Assembly: GCA_016699405.1 (NCBI GenBank)
Contig: CP064972.1
Coordinates: 3,786,466-3,850,465, forward strand
DNA length: 64,000 bases
Direction: 5' to 3'
Origin: Holophagales bacterium
GTDB lineage: Bacteria; Acidobacteriota; Thermoanaerobaculia; Multivoradales; JAGPDF01
Shown here: one piece after another, positions 31,422-42,241 of the stretch
Position numbering within the stretch: the stretch's first letter is position 1
How the letters are laid out: each line of letters starts with the position of its first letter
Notes under the pieces: generated by a model
Told to the model about the DNA's origin: nothing
The model's database searches: none
What the model saw: only the letters and a program-made list of their open reading frames with translations
Translations under genes and position numbers: made by a program

Positions 31422-32579
31422 ATGTCGTTCCTGAAGATGATCCGCGTGCGATTCGGCGAGCGCGTCGTGGTCTTCCGCGACGGACTGCCGGTCGAGCTGC
31501 TCAAGCCGGGCCGCTACCTGCGCGGCGCGTTCGGCGGCGGCCTCGAGGCGCTGCGTCTGTCGACCCGCGACACCTGGGTCGAGACGGCGTGGCTCCCCGA
31601 GATCGCGCGTGCCGGCCTGCTCGAGGGCGAAGCACTCGTGCTCGACCTCGGCGACCGCGAGCGTGCACTGGTGCGCGTCGACGGCCGCTACGTCGGCGTG
31701 CGCGGCAAGGGCGTGTCGGCGGTGTGGACGGTCGACCGGCGCGTCGAGGTCGAGCGGTTCGAGATCGGCTTCTCGCTCGGTCGCGACCGGGAGCCCGACG
31801 CGAGCCGGCCGAGCTTTCGGCTCGACCACCCGTCCCTGCCACTGATCGTCGAGCTGCCGGGCGCACGCCAGGAGCTCGACGTGACGCTGGTGCCGAACGG
31901 CTCGGTCGGCCTGGTCTACCGTGACGGTCGTCTGCTCGTCGAGCTCGGCGAGCTGCCGGCCGGCCTGGTGGCGTTCTGGAAGGGCACGGGCAAGTTCCAG
32001 GTGCTCGCGGTCGACCGGCGCGAACAGGTGCTCGACGTCTCGGGTCAGGAGATCCTGACCGCCGACAAGGTGACGCTGCGGGTCAACACCCTCGTCGTCT
32101 ACCGCGTCGTCGATGCCGGCAAGGCGGTCTCGACCGTCGAAGCCTACGGCCAAGCGCTCTACCGCCACACGCAGCTCGCGCTGCGCGCGGTGGTGGGCAC
32201 GCGCGAGCTCGAAGCTCTCCTCGCCGGCAAGGACGAGGTGGTGCGAGAGCTCGAGGCGATGCTCGTCGGGCGGGCCACCGAGCTCGGCCTCGAGGTCCGC
32301 GAGGCCGGCATCCGCGACCTGATCCTGCCGGGCGAGATGAAGGAGATCCTCAACCGCGTCGTCGCGGCGCGCAAGCAGGCGGAGGCAGCGCTCGTCACCC
32401 GGCGTGAAGAGACGGCGGCCATGCGCATGCAGGCCAACACGGCGCGGATCTTCGAGTCGAGCCCGACGCTGCTCAAGCTGCGCGAGCTCGAGGTTCTCGA
32501 GAAGGTCGCCGAGAAGGCGAACCTCACCGTGGTCCTCGGCGACGGCGGCCTCGCCGATCGCGTGCTCAAGCTCGTCTGA
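31422..32579 (+). CDS. SPFH/band-7 (stomatin/prohibitin-like) domain protein
   Basis: ATG after GGAGGTG. Core SPFH region (VLTADKVTLRVNTLVVYRVVDAGKAV...) and C-terminal coiled-coil (AARKQAEAALVTRREETAAMRMQANTARI). Confidence 0.8.
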   Translation: MSFLKMIRVRFGERVVVFRDGLPVELLKPGRYLRGAFGGGLEALRLSTRDTWVETAWLPEIARAGLLEGEALVLDLGDRERALVRVDGRYVGVRGKGVSAVWTVDRRVEVERFEIGFSLGRDREPDASRPSFRLDHPSLPLIVELPGARQELDVTLVPNGSVGLVYRDGRLLVELGELPAGLVAFWKGTGKFQVLAVDRREQVLDVSGQEILTADKVTLRVNTLVVYRVVDAGKAVSTVEAYGQALYRHTQLALRAVVGTRELEALLAGKDEVVRELEAMLVGRATELGLEVREAGIRDLILPGEMKEILNRVVAARKQAEAALVTRREETAAMRMQANTARIFESSPTLLKLRELEVLEKVAEKANLTVVLGDGGLADRVLKLV

Positions 32580-33137
32580 GCCGGGAAGCCACCGTTCGAT
32601 TCGTCGCGAGACGTTTCAGATGGCTGTCCTGAGGGGCCCCCGCAGCGGTTCGACGCCGAGGCGTATCCGAAGATACGTCGCAGGTGGCGGAACGCGTAAA
32701 GGCCACTCAGGGCGGCCAGATGCGACGTCGCAGCAGAAGTGGACTGTGGATTTCCGGCTGAGCTCATCGGCCCCCGGGGCAACGCTCCGGGGGCCCTTTT
32801 CGTCTCGCCAGAAAGCCGAGAGCCCGCGTCTCCACGTCGAAGGAGGCGGGCTCTCGCCCAACCGTTCGTTGCCGCGGGTCTCGAGCCCGCGACCGCATCC
32901 CCGCTTCGTGGCGGGCAGGCACCTCGGGGGTTCGTCCCCAGGTTGCCGGGCCCATGCTCGGGCCTCTCGCGATGCAACTCCACGATGCGCCTCGTCCGGG
33001 CGAATGTCAAGGCCGCCGCGGGTGTCCCCGAGAGGCGTCCTTCTGCGCACCTGAACCGGAGCCAGCCGACGGTCTGTCCTGCTTCGCTCCCCTCGGGAGA
33101 TCCCCCGAGACCCGCTGTCCGGCCCAGGAGATCCCCG

Positions 33138-34004
33138 ATGAGCGCCACGGTCGCCACCCTCGTCACGCTCGCCCTCGCCGTCACTCCGGTCGGAGCGATG
33201 GCCCCCGGCAAGGCGGCCGGGACGTTCTCCCTCGACGGCACGTCGACGCCGCTGCCGGTCGCCGTCTCGACGGCCGTCGCCGGTCTCTTCGACGAATCGA
33301 AGAAGGACACGCTCGTCGTGCTCGCCGATCGCGACCTCGGCGACCTCGCCGCCGACGACGAGGTCGGGATGCACGTCGCGGCGCGCGAGGGACGACTCGT
33401 CGCGCTCGCCCTGCGCCTCGACGGAGCCAAGCTCGTCCACGTCACCGTCCATGCCGCCGGGCTCGACGGCGAGATCAAGTTGCCCGGCGCCTGGTTCACC
33501 TGGAAACCGAGCGGGCCCGCCGCCGGCAGCCTGGCCCTCGCCGAGCGCGCTTGGGACGGTCATCGCTTCGCCTGCTCGCTGCTGTTCGTCGGCGCACCGG
33601 CCAAGGCCGCGGCGGCGAAGGCTCCCGCCGTCGCGACGACGTCGCGCCCGCCCTCGGCCGCGACCCCCGCGGCCGCCCGGCAAGCGGCGCCGCCCGCCCC
33701 GTCGACGGCGAGCCACGCCGACCCCCAGGCGATGGCGAAGATCGTCGTCGCGGCGATCATGGCCAAGGACGAAACCCAGGCGGTCCGCCTCGTCGAATCG
33801 GGCGTCGACCCGAACCTGCGCGACGACTCCGGCATCCCGCTGCTCAACTGGGCGGTGATGTCGTGCATGCCCCGGCTGACTCGCGCCCTCGTGGCCAAGG
33901 GCGCCGACGTGAAGGTCGAGCGCGCGCCGGGGCTGACGATCCTCACCGAGGCCGGCGCCTGCCCCGAAGCGGCGGCCATCCTGCGCGCCGCCGGCGCCCG
34001 CTAG
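33138..34004 (+). CDS. secreted protein with C-terminal ankyrin repeat(s)
   Basis: Signal peptide MSATVATLVTLALAVTPVGA. C-terminal DPNLRDDSGIPLLNWAVMSCMPRLTRALVAKGADV is ankyrin-like. ATG 33138 after GGAG. Confidence 0.55.
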   Translation: MSATVATLVTLALAVTPVGAMAPGKAAGTFSLDGTSTPLPVAVSTAVAGLFDESKKDTLVVLADRDLGDLAADDEVGMHVAAREGRLVALALRLDGAKLVHVTVHAAGLDGEIKLPGAWFTWKPSGPAAGSLALAERAWDGHRFACSLLFVGAPAKAAAAKAPAVATTSRPPSAATPAAARQAAPPAPSTASHADPQAMAKIVVAAIMAKDETQAVRLVESGVDPNLRDDSGIPLLNWAVMSCMPRLTRALVAKGADVKVERAPGLTILTEAGACPEAAAILRAAGAR

Positions 34005-34026
34005 ACCCATCCCCCCGGAGAACCGC

Positions 34027-34617
34027 ATGCCGACCCGCGTCGCGACGCCACTCGACCTCTCCACCGACCGCGCCGGCCGGCTGGTCCTCGTGCAGCACTC
34101 GAACACGCGGCTGCGCGTCGTCTCCCTGCCGTTTCTCGGCCTCGGCGGCTATCTCGTCTGGCAGGTCGTCGCCGGCGCGCTGCAGCGGGATCTGACCGTG
34201 GCGGGAGCGATCGCCCTGCCGCTTCTGGCCCTCGCCTTTCTCGTTCCGGGCTGGATCCTTCTCGCCGGTCGCCGCCGCACGGCGATCGACCCGGCGCTCC
34301 GCCTCGTGGTGCGAGAGATCGACTTCCGCCTCTTCTCCCGGCGACAGGTCGAGCCGGTGCCGGTCGGGGCGCACGTCGACGTGGTGCTCGAAACGCGCCG
34401 CATCGATCGCGGCGAAGGCACCGGTGGGAGCTCCGACGACGCGGAGCCGCAGCGCCGTCACCCCTTCGCGGTGATCGAGATCGCCGCTCCGGGCAGCACG
34501 CCGATCCTGCTCGCCGTGCTCGACGGCGCGGAGGAGGGCCGGGGGCACGAGATCGCCCGGCAGGCGGCCGTCCTGCTCGGGCTGCCGGTCGGCTCGGGCA
34601 CCCGCAGCGAGGACTGA
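34027..34617 (+). CDS. hypothetical membrane protein
   Basis: Two hydrophobic helices (LGLGGYLVWQVVAGAL; IALPLLALAFLVPGWILLA). No family recognised. Confidence 0.4.
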   Translation: MPTRVATPLDLSTDRAGRLVLVQHSNTRLRVVSLPFLGLGGYLVWQVVAGALQRDLTVAGAIALPLLALAFLVPGWILLAGRRRTAIDPALRLVVREIDFRLFSRRQVEPVPVGAHVDVVLETRRIDRGEGTGGSSDDAEPQRRHPFAVIEIAAPGSTPILLAVLDGAEEGRGHEIARQAAVLLGLPVGSGTRSED

Positions 34618-34862
34618 GCGCCCCGGCCCGAGTGTCCGCCCCGGACACCGTCCGCAACCTCGGGACCGGAGGTCCGTAACTCTTCCCGGATGGAAGCCTC
34701 GCTCCCCGCGAGGTTTTTCGGTGCCTGCCACCTCCCTCGGCCGGCACCTTTTCTTTTTTCGGCAGATCGCACCTCAAACCGGACTGTGGAAGTCCGCACA
34801 GACGAGGTCGCGGCGGCCGGCGATCATCTGGCGAGCGTCTCCGCTCTCGGGAGGACATTCGC

Positions 34863-35723
34863 ATGCGCCCGCTTCTCGGTCCGGCCACGGTGCTGTCCCT
34901 GCTCGTCGCCGCCAGCTTCCCCGCATCCGCCCAGGTCGTCGATCATCGCCACCTCGCCGCGGTCCCCACCCTGCCGCAGGCGACGATCGACGCGATCGCC
35001 ACGCAGCGCTGGCTCTTCACCCACGCCTCGGTCGGCGGCAACATGGTCGCAGGGCTCGACGATCTCCACGCCCTCGACGCGACCCACTATCCGTTGACCA
35101 CCGCCTGGGTCGGCTTCGACTCGGCGAACAACCGCGCCGCCGCGCCGCCGGCGACGACCTACGGCGGCACGGTCTACGAGTGCCAGCGCGGCAATCCGGG
35201 CTGGGCGGCCAAGCTCACCATCTTCGACAACTCGGTGCGCCTCGCCGGCTGGCGCCTGCCGAAGGTCGACGTGGTGATGGACAAGCTCTGCTACATCGAC
35301 CAGGACGCCGACGCCGTGACCTACGCGGCGACGATGACGGCGCTGCGCGCCGCCTATCCCGCGACCGCCTTCGTCTACACGACGATGCCGCTGACCACCG
35401 GCGAAGACGCCGACAACGTCCTGCGCAACCAGTACAACCAGGCGGTGCGCACCCACTGTGCGGCGACCGGCGCGGTGCTCTTCGACCTCGCCGACATGGA
35501 GGCGTACGACGCGAGCGGCGTTCCCCAGACCTTCGTCTCGGGCGGCCACGTCTACCAGAAGCTCGACGCCGGCTGCACCGACGACGGCGGCCACCTGAAC
35601 GTCGCCGGGCGGCAGCGCATCGCCGCCGGCTGGTACGCCGTCGCGGCGATCCTGGTCAACCATCCGGTCTTCTGGTCGGACTTCGAGCAGGGCGCGATTG
35701 CCGGCTGGAAGAAGTACCCCTGA
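34863..35723 (+). CDS. hypothetical secreted protein
   Basis: Signal peptide MRPLLGPATVLSLLVAASFPASAQ. 286-aa coherent ORF. Confidence 0.5.
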   Translation: MRPLLGPATVLSLLVAASFPASAQVVDHRHLAAVPTLPQATIDAIATQRWLFTHASVGGNMVAGLDDLHALDATHYPLTTAWVGFDSANNRAAAPPATTYGGTVYECQRGNPGWAAKLTIFDNSVRLAGWRLPKVDVVMDKLCYIDQDADAVTYAATMTALRAAYPATAFVYTTMPLTTGEDADNVLRNQYNQAVRTHCAATGAVLFDLADMEAYDASGVPQTFVSGGHVYQKLDAGCTDDGGHLNVAGRQRIAAGWYAVAAILVNHPVFWSDFEQGAIAGWKKYP

Positions 35724-35780
35724 GCGATCGCTCGCCCGCCGCGCGCCCGAGGCGACGAAGCCGCGCCGCAGTGGCCGAGG

Positions 35781-37244
35781 TCAACGGCCGGCGGCACGGC
35801 GCGGAGGCTCACCGAGCAGCCGCGTCAAGGTGTCGAACGACTTGCGGATCGTCGCCGGCGCGAAGGCGGTGAAGCCGAAGACCAGACCGGGGCGCCCCGC
35901 CTGGATGGCGTACTGCGAGAGCGGCGGGACGTCCAGGCCGGCCTCGCGCAGGCGAGCCGCGATCGCCGCGTCCAGCTCCCCCTCGGGGAGCAGGCCGGCG
36001 AGGTTCATCCCGCCGTCGGTGTAGGGAAACTCGAGCGGCAACCCCGCCTTGGCACAGAGCGCGAGGAAGAGCTGCTGGCGTTCGGCGTAGGCACGGCGGC
36101 AACGCCGGATGTGGGTGTAGAACGCACCGCTCTCGAGAAAGAGCGCGAGCGTCGCCTGGTCGACGAGCGGCAGATGGTCGTCGAGCAGATGCTTGAGCTC
36201 GACGAAGCCTTCGACGAGCGGCTCGGGCACGACGACGTAGCCCAGCCGCAGCGAGGGGAAGAGCAGCTTGCTGAACGTGCCGACGTAGATGACCCGCCCG
36301 CTGCGATCGAGGCTCTGCAGGCTGGGCAGCGGCGCGGCGCCGTAGCGCAGCTCGGAGTCGTAGTCGTCCTCGATCACCCAGGCCTTGGTGCGCCCGGCGA
36401 AGTCGATCAGTGCGAGCCGCCGCGGCAGCGAGAGCGAGACGCCGGTGGGAAACTGACGCGACGGCGTGGTGTAGATCACCTGGATCGAGCCGCTGGCGCG
36501 CGTCGGCAGGGTGAGCCCCTGGTCGTCGACGGCGCCCGGGACGATCCGTCCGCCGGCGCGGCGGAAGGCCATGCGCGCCTCGACGTAGCCCGGATCCTCG
36601 ACATAGACCGGATCGCGCGCCGCGAGCAGTTGCGCCGCGAGGATGTAGAGCGCCTGCTGCGAGCCGGCGGTGATCACCACCTGTCGCCAGTCGCAGCGCA
36701 CGCCACGATGGTCGCGCAGGTAGGCGGCGACGTTCTGGCGCAGCGCCGGGAGACCGGCGACGCACGGGGCCTGGTAGTGCAGCAGGCTCGCCCCCTCCTG
36801 ACGCAGCGCGCGGGCGCGCAGGCGGTTCCACACCCGCAGCGGGAAGAGCGAGACGTCCGGCTGACTGGGGCGGAACGGCGCCGGCGACCCGAGCGGCACG
36901 GCCACCGGCGGAGCGCTCGGGCGGCTCCCCGTCGGCCGCGCGCGCATCGGCCAGGTCGAGTGCCGCGACAGCGAGATCGACGAGCTGACGAAGACCCCGG
37001 AGCGCGACGCGGATTCGAGGTAGCCCTCACCGAGCAGCCGCTCGTAGGCGTTCACCGCGGTGTTGCGCGAGATGCCGAGGCGCGTCGCCATCTCGCGCGT
37101 CGACGGCAGCTCGTCGCCCGGCGCGAGGACGCCGCTCTGGATCAGCTCCTTGAGGTGGTGTGCCAGCTGATCCTGCAGCGTCGTGCCGGAGGTGCGGTCG
37201 AGCCAGAGTCCGCCGAGGGTCTGGACGGTCATCGCCGAGCCCAT
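35781..37244 (-). CDS. MocR/GabR-family transcriptional regulator (GntR HTH fused to PLP aminotransferase-like domain)
   Basis: N-terminal GntR HTH (ELPSTREMATRLGISRNTAVNAYERL) and fold-type I aminotransferase domain with SKLLFPSLRLGYVV (PLP-lysine region). ATG (plus cat 37242-37244) preceded by GGAGGGG. Confidence 0.9.
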   Translation of the reverse strand: MGSAMTVQTLGGLWLDRTSGTTLQDQLAHHLKELIQSGVLAPGDELPSTREMATRLGISRNTAVNAYERLLGEGYLESASRSGVFVSSSISLSRHSTWPMRARPTGSRPSAPPVAVPLGSPAPFRPSQPDVSLFPLRVWNRLRARALRQEGASLLHYQAPCVAGLPALRQNVAAYLRDHRGVRCDWRQVVITAGSQQALYILAAQLLAARDPVYVEDPGYVEARMAFRRAGGRIVPGAVDDQGLTLPTRASGSIQVIYTTPSRQFPTGVSLSLPRRLALIDFAGRTKAWVIEDDYDSELRYGAAPLPSLQSLDRSGRVIYVGTFSKLLFPSLRLGYVVVPEPLVEGFVELKHLLDDHLPLVDQATLALFLESGAFYTHIRRCRRAYAERQQLFLALCAKAGLPLEFPYTDGGMNLAGLLPEGELDAAIAARLREAGLDVPPLSQYAIQAGRPGLVFGFTAFAPATIRKSFDTLTRLLGEPPRRAAGR

Positions 37245-37288
37245 GGTAGCAGCCCCTCCGGCTTCCTCGGCAGGTGGCGCCGGCCGCG

Positions 37289-38653
37289 TCAGGCCGTGGG
37301 CTTGGCGCGCCGGTCGAGGGCCCGGAACAGTCCGTAGAGCGGCACGCCGAGGAGCATCAGCCCGACGCCCAGAGCGGCCTGCGCGAAGCTCGCCACGAAC
37401 GTGCTGACGACGATCCCCACGGTGCCGGCGACGAAGAAGATCGGCGTCGCCGGGTAGAACGGACAGCGGAACGGTCGCACCAGCCCCGGCTCCCGTCGCC
37501 GCAGCACCATCACCCCGGCCACCGCCAGGCCGTAGAAGATCCAGGCGGTGAAGATGTAGGAGGTGAAGAGCTGCTGGAAGGTGCCCACCAGGGTGAAGAG
37601 CCCGGCGATCGCCCCCTGGGCGATCGTCGCCACCACCGGCGTGTGGAAGCGCGGGCTGACGCGCGCGAACGGCCGGAAGAAGAGTCCGTCGCGTGCCATC
37701 GCCAGGATGACGCGCGAAGCGCCGAGCAGGATGCCGTTGATCGCCCCGAGGATCGAGACGGCGATGAGCGCCGAGAGCGCGAGCGAGGCCCCCGGCCCGG
37801 CAGCAAGCGCCATCGCCGCGGCGGCGACGCGCGGCGCGCCGCGCAGCGCCTCGGCGGGCAGCACCGCGTAGTAGGCGAGGTTGACCACCAGGTAGATCCC
37901 GCAGGTCAGCGCCGTGCCGACGAGCAGCGCCGCCGGCAGCGTGCGGGTCGGGTTCCGCACCTCGCCGGCGGCGAACGAGGCGAAGTGCCAGCCGTCGTAG
38001 GCCCAGAGCACCGCGACGAGCGCCAAGCCGAAGGCCGGCCAGGTCGCCGGCGCCGCGTTGCGCGTCCAGTGCTCGGCCAGGCGCGTCGTCCCGCCGCTCG
38101 CGTAGAGCATCGCGGTCATCGCCAGGATGCCGGCGACCTTGACCGCGGTCAGCAGGTTCTGCACCCACCGCCCGACCCCGACACCGAGACAGTTGACCAG
38201 CACGAAGAGGGCGAGCACCGCGAGTTGCAGGAGCTTGGCGCCGAGCGGCGAGAGCCCGAGCGCGGGCGTGGCGTAGAGGCCGATCGCCGCGGCGAGGGTG
38301 GCGAGCCCGCCGGCGTGGACGAGCGCCATGGCGCTCCAGCCGTAGACGAATCCGACGCCCGGCCCATAGGTGCGGGTCAGGTAGACGTAGAGCCCGCCGG
38401 CGGCCGGCAGCGCCGCCCCGAGCTCGCTGAGCGCCACCGCGCCGGAGAGGCTGAGCAGTCCGCCGAACACCCAGACCGCGACGACCGCCGGCAAGGCGTC
38501 GAGCTGCGCGGCGATGCTGCCGGCCATGAGGAAGATGCCCGAACCGATCATGATCCCCATGATCAGCGACACCGCGTCCCACATCCCCAGGATCCGCACC
38601 AGGCCGGCGTCTGCCGGACCGGCCACGGCGGACGGCTGTTCGCTCGGCGTCAT
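37289..38653 (-). CDS. APC-family amino acid permease
   Basis: 12-TM profile. APC signature region GSGIFLMAGSIAAQ and conserved C-terminal helices. Confidence 0.9.
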   Translation of the reverse strand: MTPSEQPSAVAGPADAGLVRILGMWDAVSLIMGIMIGSGIFLMAGSIAAQLDALPAVVAVWVFGGLLSLSGAVALSELGAALPAAGGLYVYLTRTYGPGVGFVYGWSAMALVHAGGLATLAAAIGLYATPALGLSPLGAKLLQLAVLALFVLVNCLGVGVGRWVQNLLTAVKVAGILAMTAMLYASGGTTRLAEHWTRNAAPATWPAFGLALVAVLWAYDGWHFASFAAGEVRNPTRTLPAALLVGTALTCGIYLVVNLAYYAVLPAEALRGAPRVAAAAMALAAGPGASLALSALIAVSILGAINGILLGASRVILAMARDGLFFRPFARVSPRFHTPVVATIAQGAIAGLFTLVGTFQQLFTSYIFTAWIFYGLAVAGVMVLRRREPGLVRPFRCPFYPATPIFFVAGTVGIVVSTFVASFAQAALGVGLMLLGVPLYGLFRALDRRAKPTA

Positions 38654-38687
38654 CGGCGTCCTTTCCCTGGCTCCCCCGCCGGCGACC

Positions 38688-39335
38688 TCACGAGGCCGGA
38701 TCGAGCGGACGGTCCTGGTTGGCGCGACGGATCATCTCGGCGAGCTCGCGGTCACGCGCCGTCGACGACGCGGCGAGGCGCTCGGCCACCGCCATCGCGT
38801 CCTTGCGCGGCTCGTCCTGGCCGAGCTTGAACTTCGCCTCGAGCCGGTCGATCGTCAACTCGAAGCCGACGATCCCGGGCAGCCGCCGGGTGATCTCCGA
38901 GTGCGGGATCTCGTCCATCCGCCAGCCGCCGGGGATCGGCCGCTCCATCCGGTCGTTCAGCGTGCCGAGCGCCGACTCGAGCTCGGCGGCGGGCTGCACG
39001 GCGATGCGCCCGTAGCAGTGGACTGCGGTGTAGTAGTAGGTCGACGGCATGTCGCGCCGCGGATACCAGCTCGCGGTGACGTAGCTCACCGGCCCCTCGA
39101 AGATGGCGAGCGTCGGCTCGGCGGCGGCGACGAGGGCGCGGGTGTGGAGATTCGCCGCGGCGATGTGGCCGATCAGGACGCCGTGCGGACCGCGCGTGCG
39201 ATCGACGAGCAGCGGCAGGTTGGTGGCGAAGGGGCCGTCGGGCCCGTTGTTGACCAGGAGCGCCCAGGGGTTGGCCTCGATCAGCGCATAGGCAGCGTCG
39301 AGGTCCCACGGCTTCCAGCAGGAGCGAACGAACAT
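38688..39335 (-). CDS. FMN-binding negative transcriptional regulator, PaiB family
   Basis: NPWALLV...HGVLIGHIAAANLHTRAL and YYYTAVHCYGRI motifs as in PaiB/YwqN. Confidence 0.8.
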   Translation of the reverse strand: MFVRSCWKPWDLDAAYALIEANPWALLVNNGPDGPFATNLPLLVDRTRGPHGVLIGHIAAANLHTRALVAAAEPTLAIFEGPVSYVTASWYPRRDMPSTYYYTAVHCYGRIAVQPAAELESALGTLNDRMERPIPGGWRMDEIPHSEITRRLPGIVGFELTIDRLEAKFKLGQDEPRKDAMAVAERLAASSTARDRELAEMIRRANQDRPLDPAS

Positions 39336-39760
39336 GAAGTCCCCCGTCGTTGTCGGCCGGCGGAGCCCGAAGTACGACCTCCGCCGGTGGAGAGCCGTCC
39401 ACGCCGCCAGCGGCAGGAGGCGGGACGTCTCGCATCGTCGCCCTCCTTCTGGTCCGTGTAAAGCGCCAGAATCGACAGATTCGATAGGTCCAGATGAAGA
39501 CGGGCGCCGCGCCGCCCCCGCCGGCCGGCCTGCCGATCCGCCGAGGCGGTGACCTCGTCACCCCGCCTTGCCGTCCATCCGGACGACTGCCGGACGGCCG
39601 GAGGAATCCGGATCTGGCACCATCATGGTGAACGGATCTGGCGCTTGCCTGATACCAGGCACGGTGCCACGATCCCGGGCCAGCAGCGGTTGCCGGCTCT
39701 CGAGGCGCGGCGCAAACGCTTTGCCCGCGGCCGTCAGGCAGGATAGGAGGAGGTGGACAG

Positions 39761-42133
39761 GTGAAGACCCGACTCGCAGTCGCAGTTGCTCTCTTCGCGC
39801 ACGCCGCAGGGATGGCCAGCGCCCAGGCCCCGTCGTCGTTCGCCGACGGGTGCCAGCCCGACGCCAAGGCGCCGCGCGTCCAACTGACCGGGACGGTGGC
39901 CGACGTCGGTGGCGGCGCGATTCTCGGCGCCGCGGTGTCGCTGCAGTGCGGCTCGTTCCGCGCCGACGCGCGCACCGTCGGCGGCGGCGCTTTCGAGATC
40001 TCGGCGCCGGCCGGCAAGTACTTCATCCAGGTCGACGCCCCGGGCTTCGAGTCGTGGGGCGAGGAGCTCACCCTGACCGCTCCCGGCCCGCAACAGCGTG
40101 AGTTCAAGTTGGCGGTGGGCAGCTACTCGAGCATCGTGACGGTGACCGAGTCGGGCGGCTTCGTCGCCGCCTCCTCGACCACCTCGACGAAGACCGACGC
40201 CCCGCTGATCGAGATCCCGCAGACGGTTTCGGTCATCACCCTCGACCAGATGAACGCCCGCAACGTGCAGACGGTCAACGAGGCGATCCAGTACACCGGG
40301 TCGGTCGGCGTCGACACCTACGGCAGCGAGTCGCGCTTCGACTGGATCAACATCCGCGGCTTCGACCAGTCCACCTACGGCCTCTTCCGCGACAACTCGC
40401 GGTGGCAGAGCGGTCAGGTGTCGGGCCAGATCGACCCCTACCTGATCCAGGAGATCGACGTCGTGAAGGGCCCGAGCTCGGTGCTCTACGGCCAGAACAC
40501 GCCGGGCGGCCTGGTCAACCTGGTCACCAAGCGCCCGCCGTCGACGCCGCACCACGAGGTGGTCCTCAACTACGGCACCGAGAACCGCCTGCAGGGGCAG
40601 CTCGACCTCGGCGGCCCGCTCGGCGACAGCGGCCACCTCAAGTACCGCCTCACCGCGCTCTATCGCGACAGCGACACGCAGGTCGACTACGTGCCGGACA
40701 ACCGCTGGCTGATCGCGCCGGCGCTGACCTGGTCGCCCACGGCGAGCACCACGCTCACCGTCCTCGCCGACTACCAGAGCGACGAGACCGGCTGGGGCCA
40801 GTTCCTCCCCTCGCAGGGGACGTTCGTCCACAACCCGAACGGCAAGATCGACCGCAGCTTCTTCACCGGCGAGCCGAACTACGACTACTTCGACCGCGAC
40901 CAGTGGTCGGTCGGCACGCTGTTCGAGCACCGCGTCAACTCGACCTGGACGGTGCGCAACACGATGCGCTACTCGAGCATCGAGTTCGACGGCAAGACGG
41001 CGTTCGGCGGCGGCCTGGCGGCCGATCTGCGCACGCTCAGCCGCTTCGGCTACCGCAATACGCTCGACCTGCAGATCTTCACCATGGACACCAACGCCAG
41101 CGCGCGGGCGGTGACCGGCTCGGTCGAGCACTCGTTCCTCTTCGGCATCGACTACTCCACGTCGACGTCGAAGCAGGTCCAGGGCTTCTCCTTCGCTCCG
41201 TCGATCGACGTCTTCGCTCCGGTCTACGGCGCCGCGATCCCCGACCTCTTCTACTACTACGACCAGAAGCAGCCCACCTCGCTCCTCGGCTTCTACGCCC
41301 AGGACCACATGAAGATCGGCAAGCGCTGGGTGGCGACGCTCTCCGGTCGCCAGGACTGGACGAAGCTGACGACCGAGGACAACCTCGCCGGCACCGAGGT
41401 CAAGCAGGATCCGAGCGCCTTCAGCGGTCGCGCCGGGGTCACCTATCTCTCGGACGTCGGCCTGGCGCCCTACGTCAGCTACTCGACCTCGTTCCTCCCC
41501 ACCGGCGGCTCGGACTTCAGCGGCAAGCCGTTCGATCCCACCAAGGGCGCGCAGATCGAGGGCGGTCTCAAGTTCCAGCCCAAGGGCTCGAACAGCTTCC
41601 TCACCGCCTCCTGGTTCCAGATCACCCAGACGAACGTGCTGACCCCCGACCCGGTCAACCCGTTCAGCTCCGTCCAGCAGGGCGAGATCCGCTCGCGCGG
41701 CTGGGAGCTCGAAGCGGTCGGCCAGGCGGCGCAGGGACTGAGCTATCACCTCTCCTACTCGAAGCTCGACCAGGAGGTGACGAAGACCACCGACCCCACG
41801 GCGCTCGGCAGGCGGCCGGCGCTCGCCCCGGACCAGCTCTTCGGCGCCTCGGGCGACTACACGGTGACCTCCGGTCCGCTCACCGGCTTCGGCTTCGGGC
41901 TCGGCATCCGCTACGTCGGCACGCGCGCCGGCGACTCGACCAATTCGATCGAAGTGCCGTCGTACACGCTGGGCGACCTGTTTGTGCGCTACCTGTGGCG
42001 CGACATGGAGTTCCTGGTCAGTGCGACGAACGTCACCGACAAGACCTACGTCGGCGTCTGCACCTCGGCCTCCTACTGCAACTACGGCAGTGCCCGGAAG
42101 GTGATCGGCACGGTCCGCTACACCTGGAAGTGA
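39761..42133 (+). CDS. TonB-dependent outer-membrane receptor (siderophore-type)
   Basis: Signal peptide, plug domain (IPQTVSVITLDQMNARNVQTVNEAIQYTGSV), 22-strand barrel, C-terminal aromatic terminus (VRYTWK). GTG start 39761. Confidence 0.9.
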   Translation: MKTRLAVAVALFAHAAGMASAQAPSSFADGCQPDAKAPRVQLTGTVADVGGGAILGAAVSLQCGSFRADARTVGGGAFEISAPAGKYFIQVDAPGFESWGEELTLTAPGPQQREFKLAVGSYSSIVTVTESGGFVAASSTTSTKTDAPLIEIPQTVSVITLDQMNARNVQTVNEAIQYTGSVGVDTYGSESRFDWINIRGFDQSTYGLFRDNSRWQSGQVSGQIDPYLIQEIDVVKGPSSVLYGQNTPGGLVNLVTKRPPSTPHHEVVLNYGTENRLQGQLDLGGPLGDSGHLKYRLTALYRDSDTQVDYVPDNRWLIAPALTWSPTASTTLTVLADYQSDETGWGQFLPSQGTFVHNPNGKIDRSFFTGEPNYDYFDRDQWSVGTLFEHRVNSTWTVRNTMRYSSIEFDGKTAFGGGLAADLRTLSRFGYRNTLDLQIFTMDTNASARAVTGSVEHSFLFGIDYSTSTSKQVQGFSFAPSIDVFAPVYGAAIPDLFYYYDQKQPTSLLGFYAQDHMKIGKRWVATLSGRQDWTKLTTEDNLAGTEVKQDPSAFSGRAGVTYLSDVGLAPYVSYSTSFLPTGGSDFSGKPFDPTKGAQIEGGLKFQPKGSNSFLTASWFQITQTNVLTPDPVNPFSSVQQGEIRSRGWELEAVGQAAQGLSYHLSYSKLDQEVTKTTDPTALGRRPALAPDQLFGASGDYTVTSGPLTGFGFGLGIRYVGTRAGDSTNSIEVPSYTLGDLFVRYLWRDMEFLVSATNVTDKTYVGVCTSASYCNYGSARKVIGTVRYTWK

Positions 42134-42241
42134 CGTGAGCCGCCAGTGAATCGGGGTGCCGGCCGGGGGCGCGCGACGCCTCCGGCCGGTGCGCTTTCCG
42201 GCCTCCTCGGCTCACGACCCTCCGTCTCCTGGAGAGCAGCG

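Noticed and set aside
35809-36831. 340-aa minus-strand ORF and 408-aa plus-strand ORF (36111-37337) overlapping the MocR regulator gene
   Set aside because: These are alternative frames of the MocR gene. The MocR frame carries the clear GntR HTH plus aminotransferase motifs; the others are Arg/Ala-rich nonsense.
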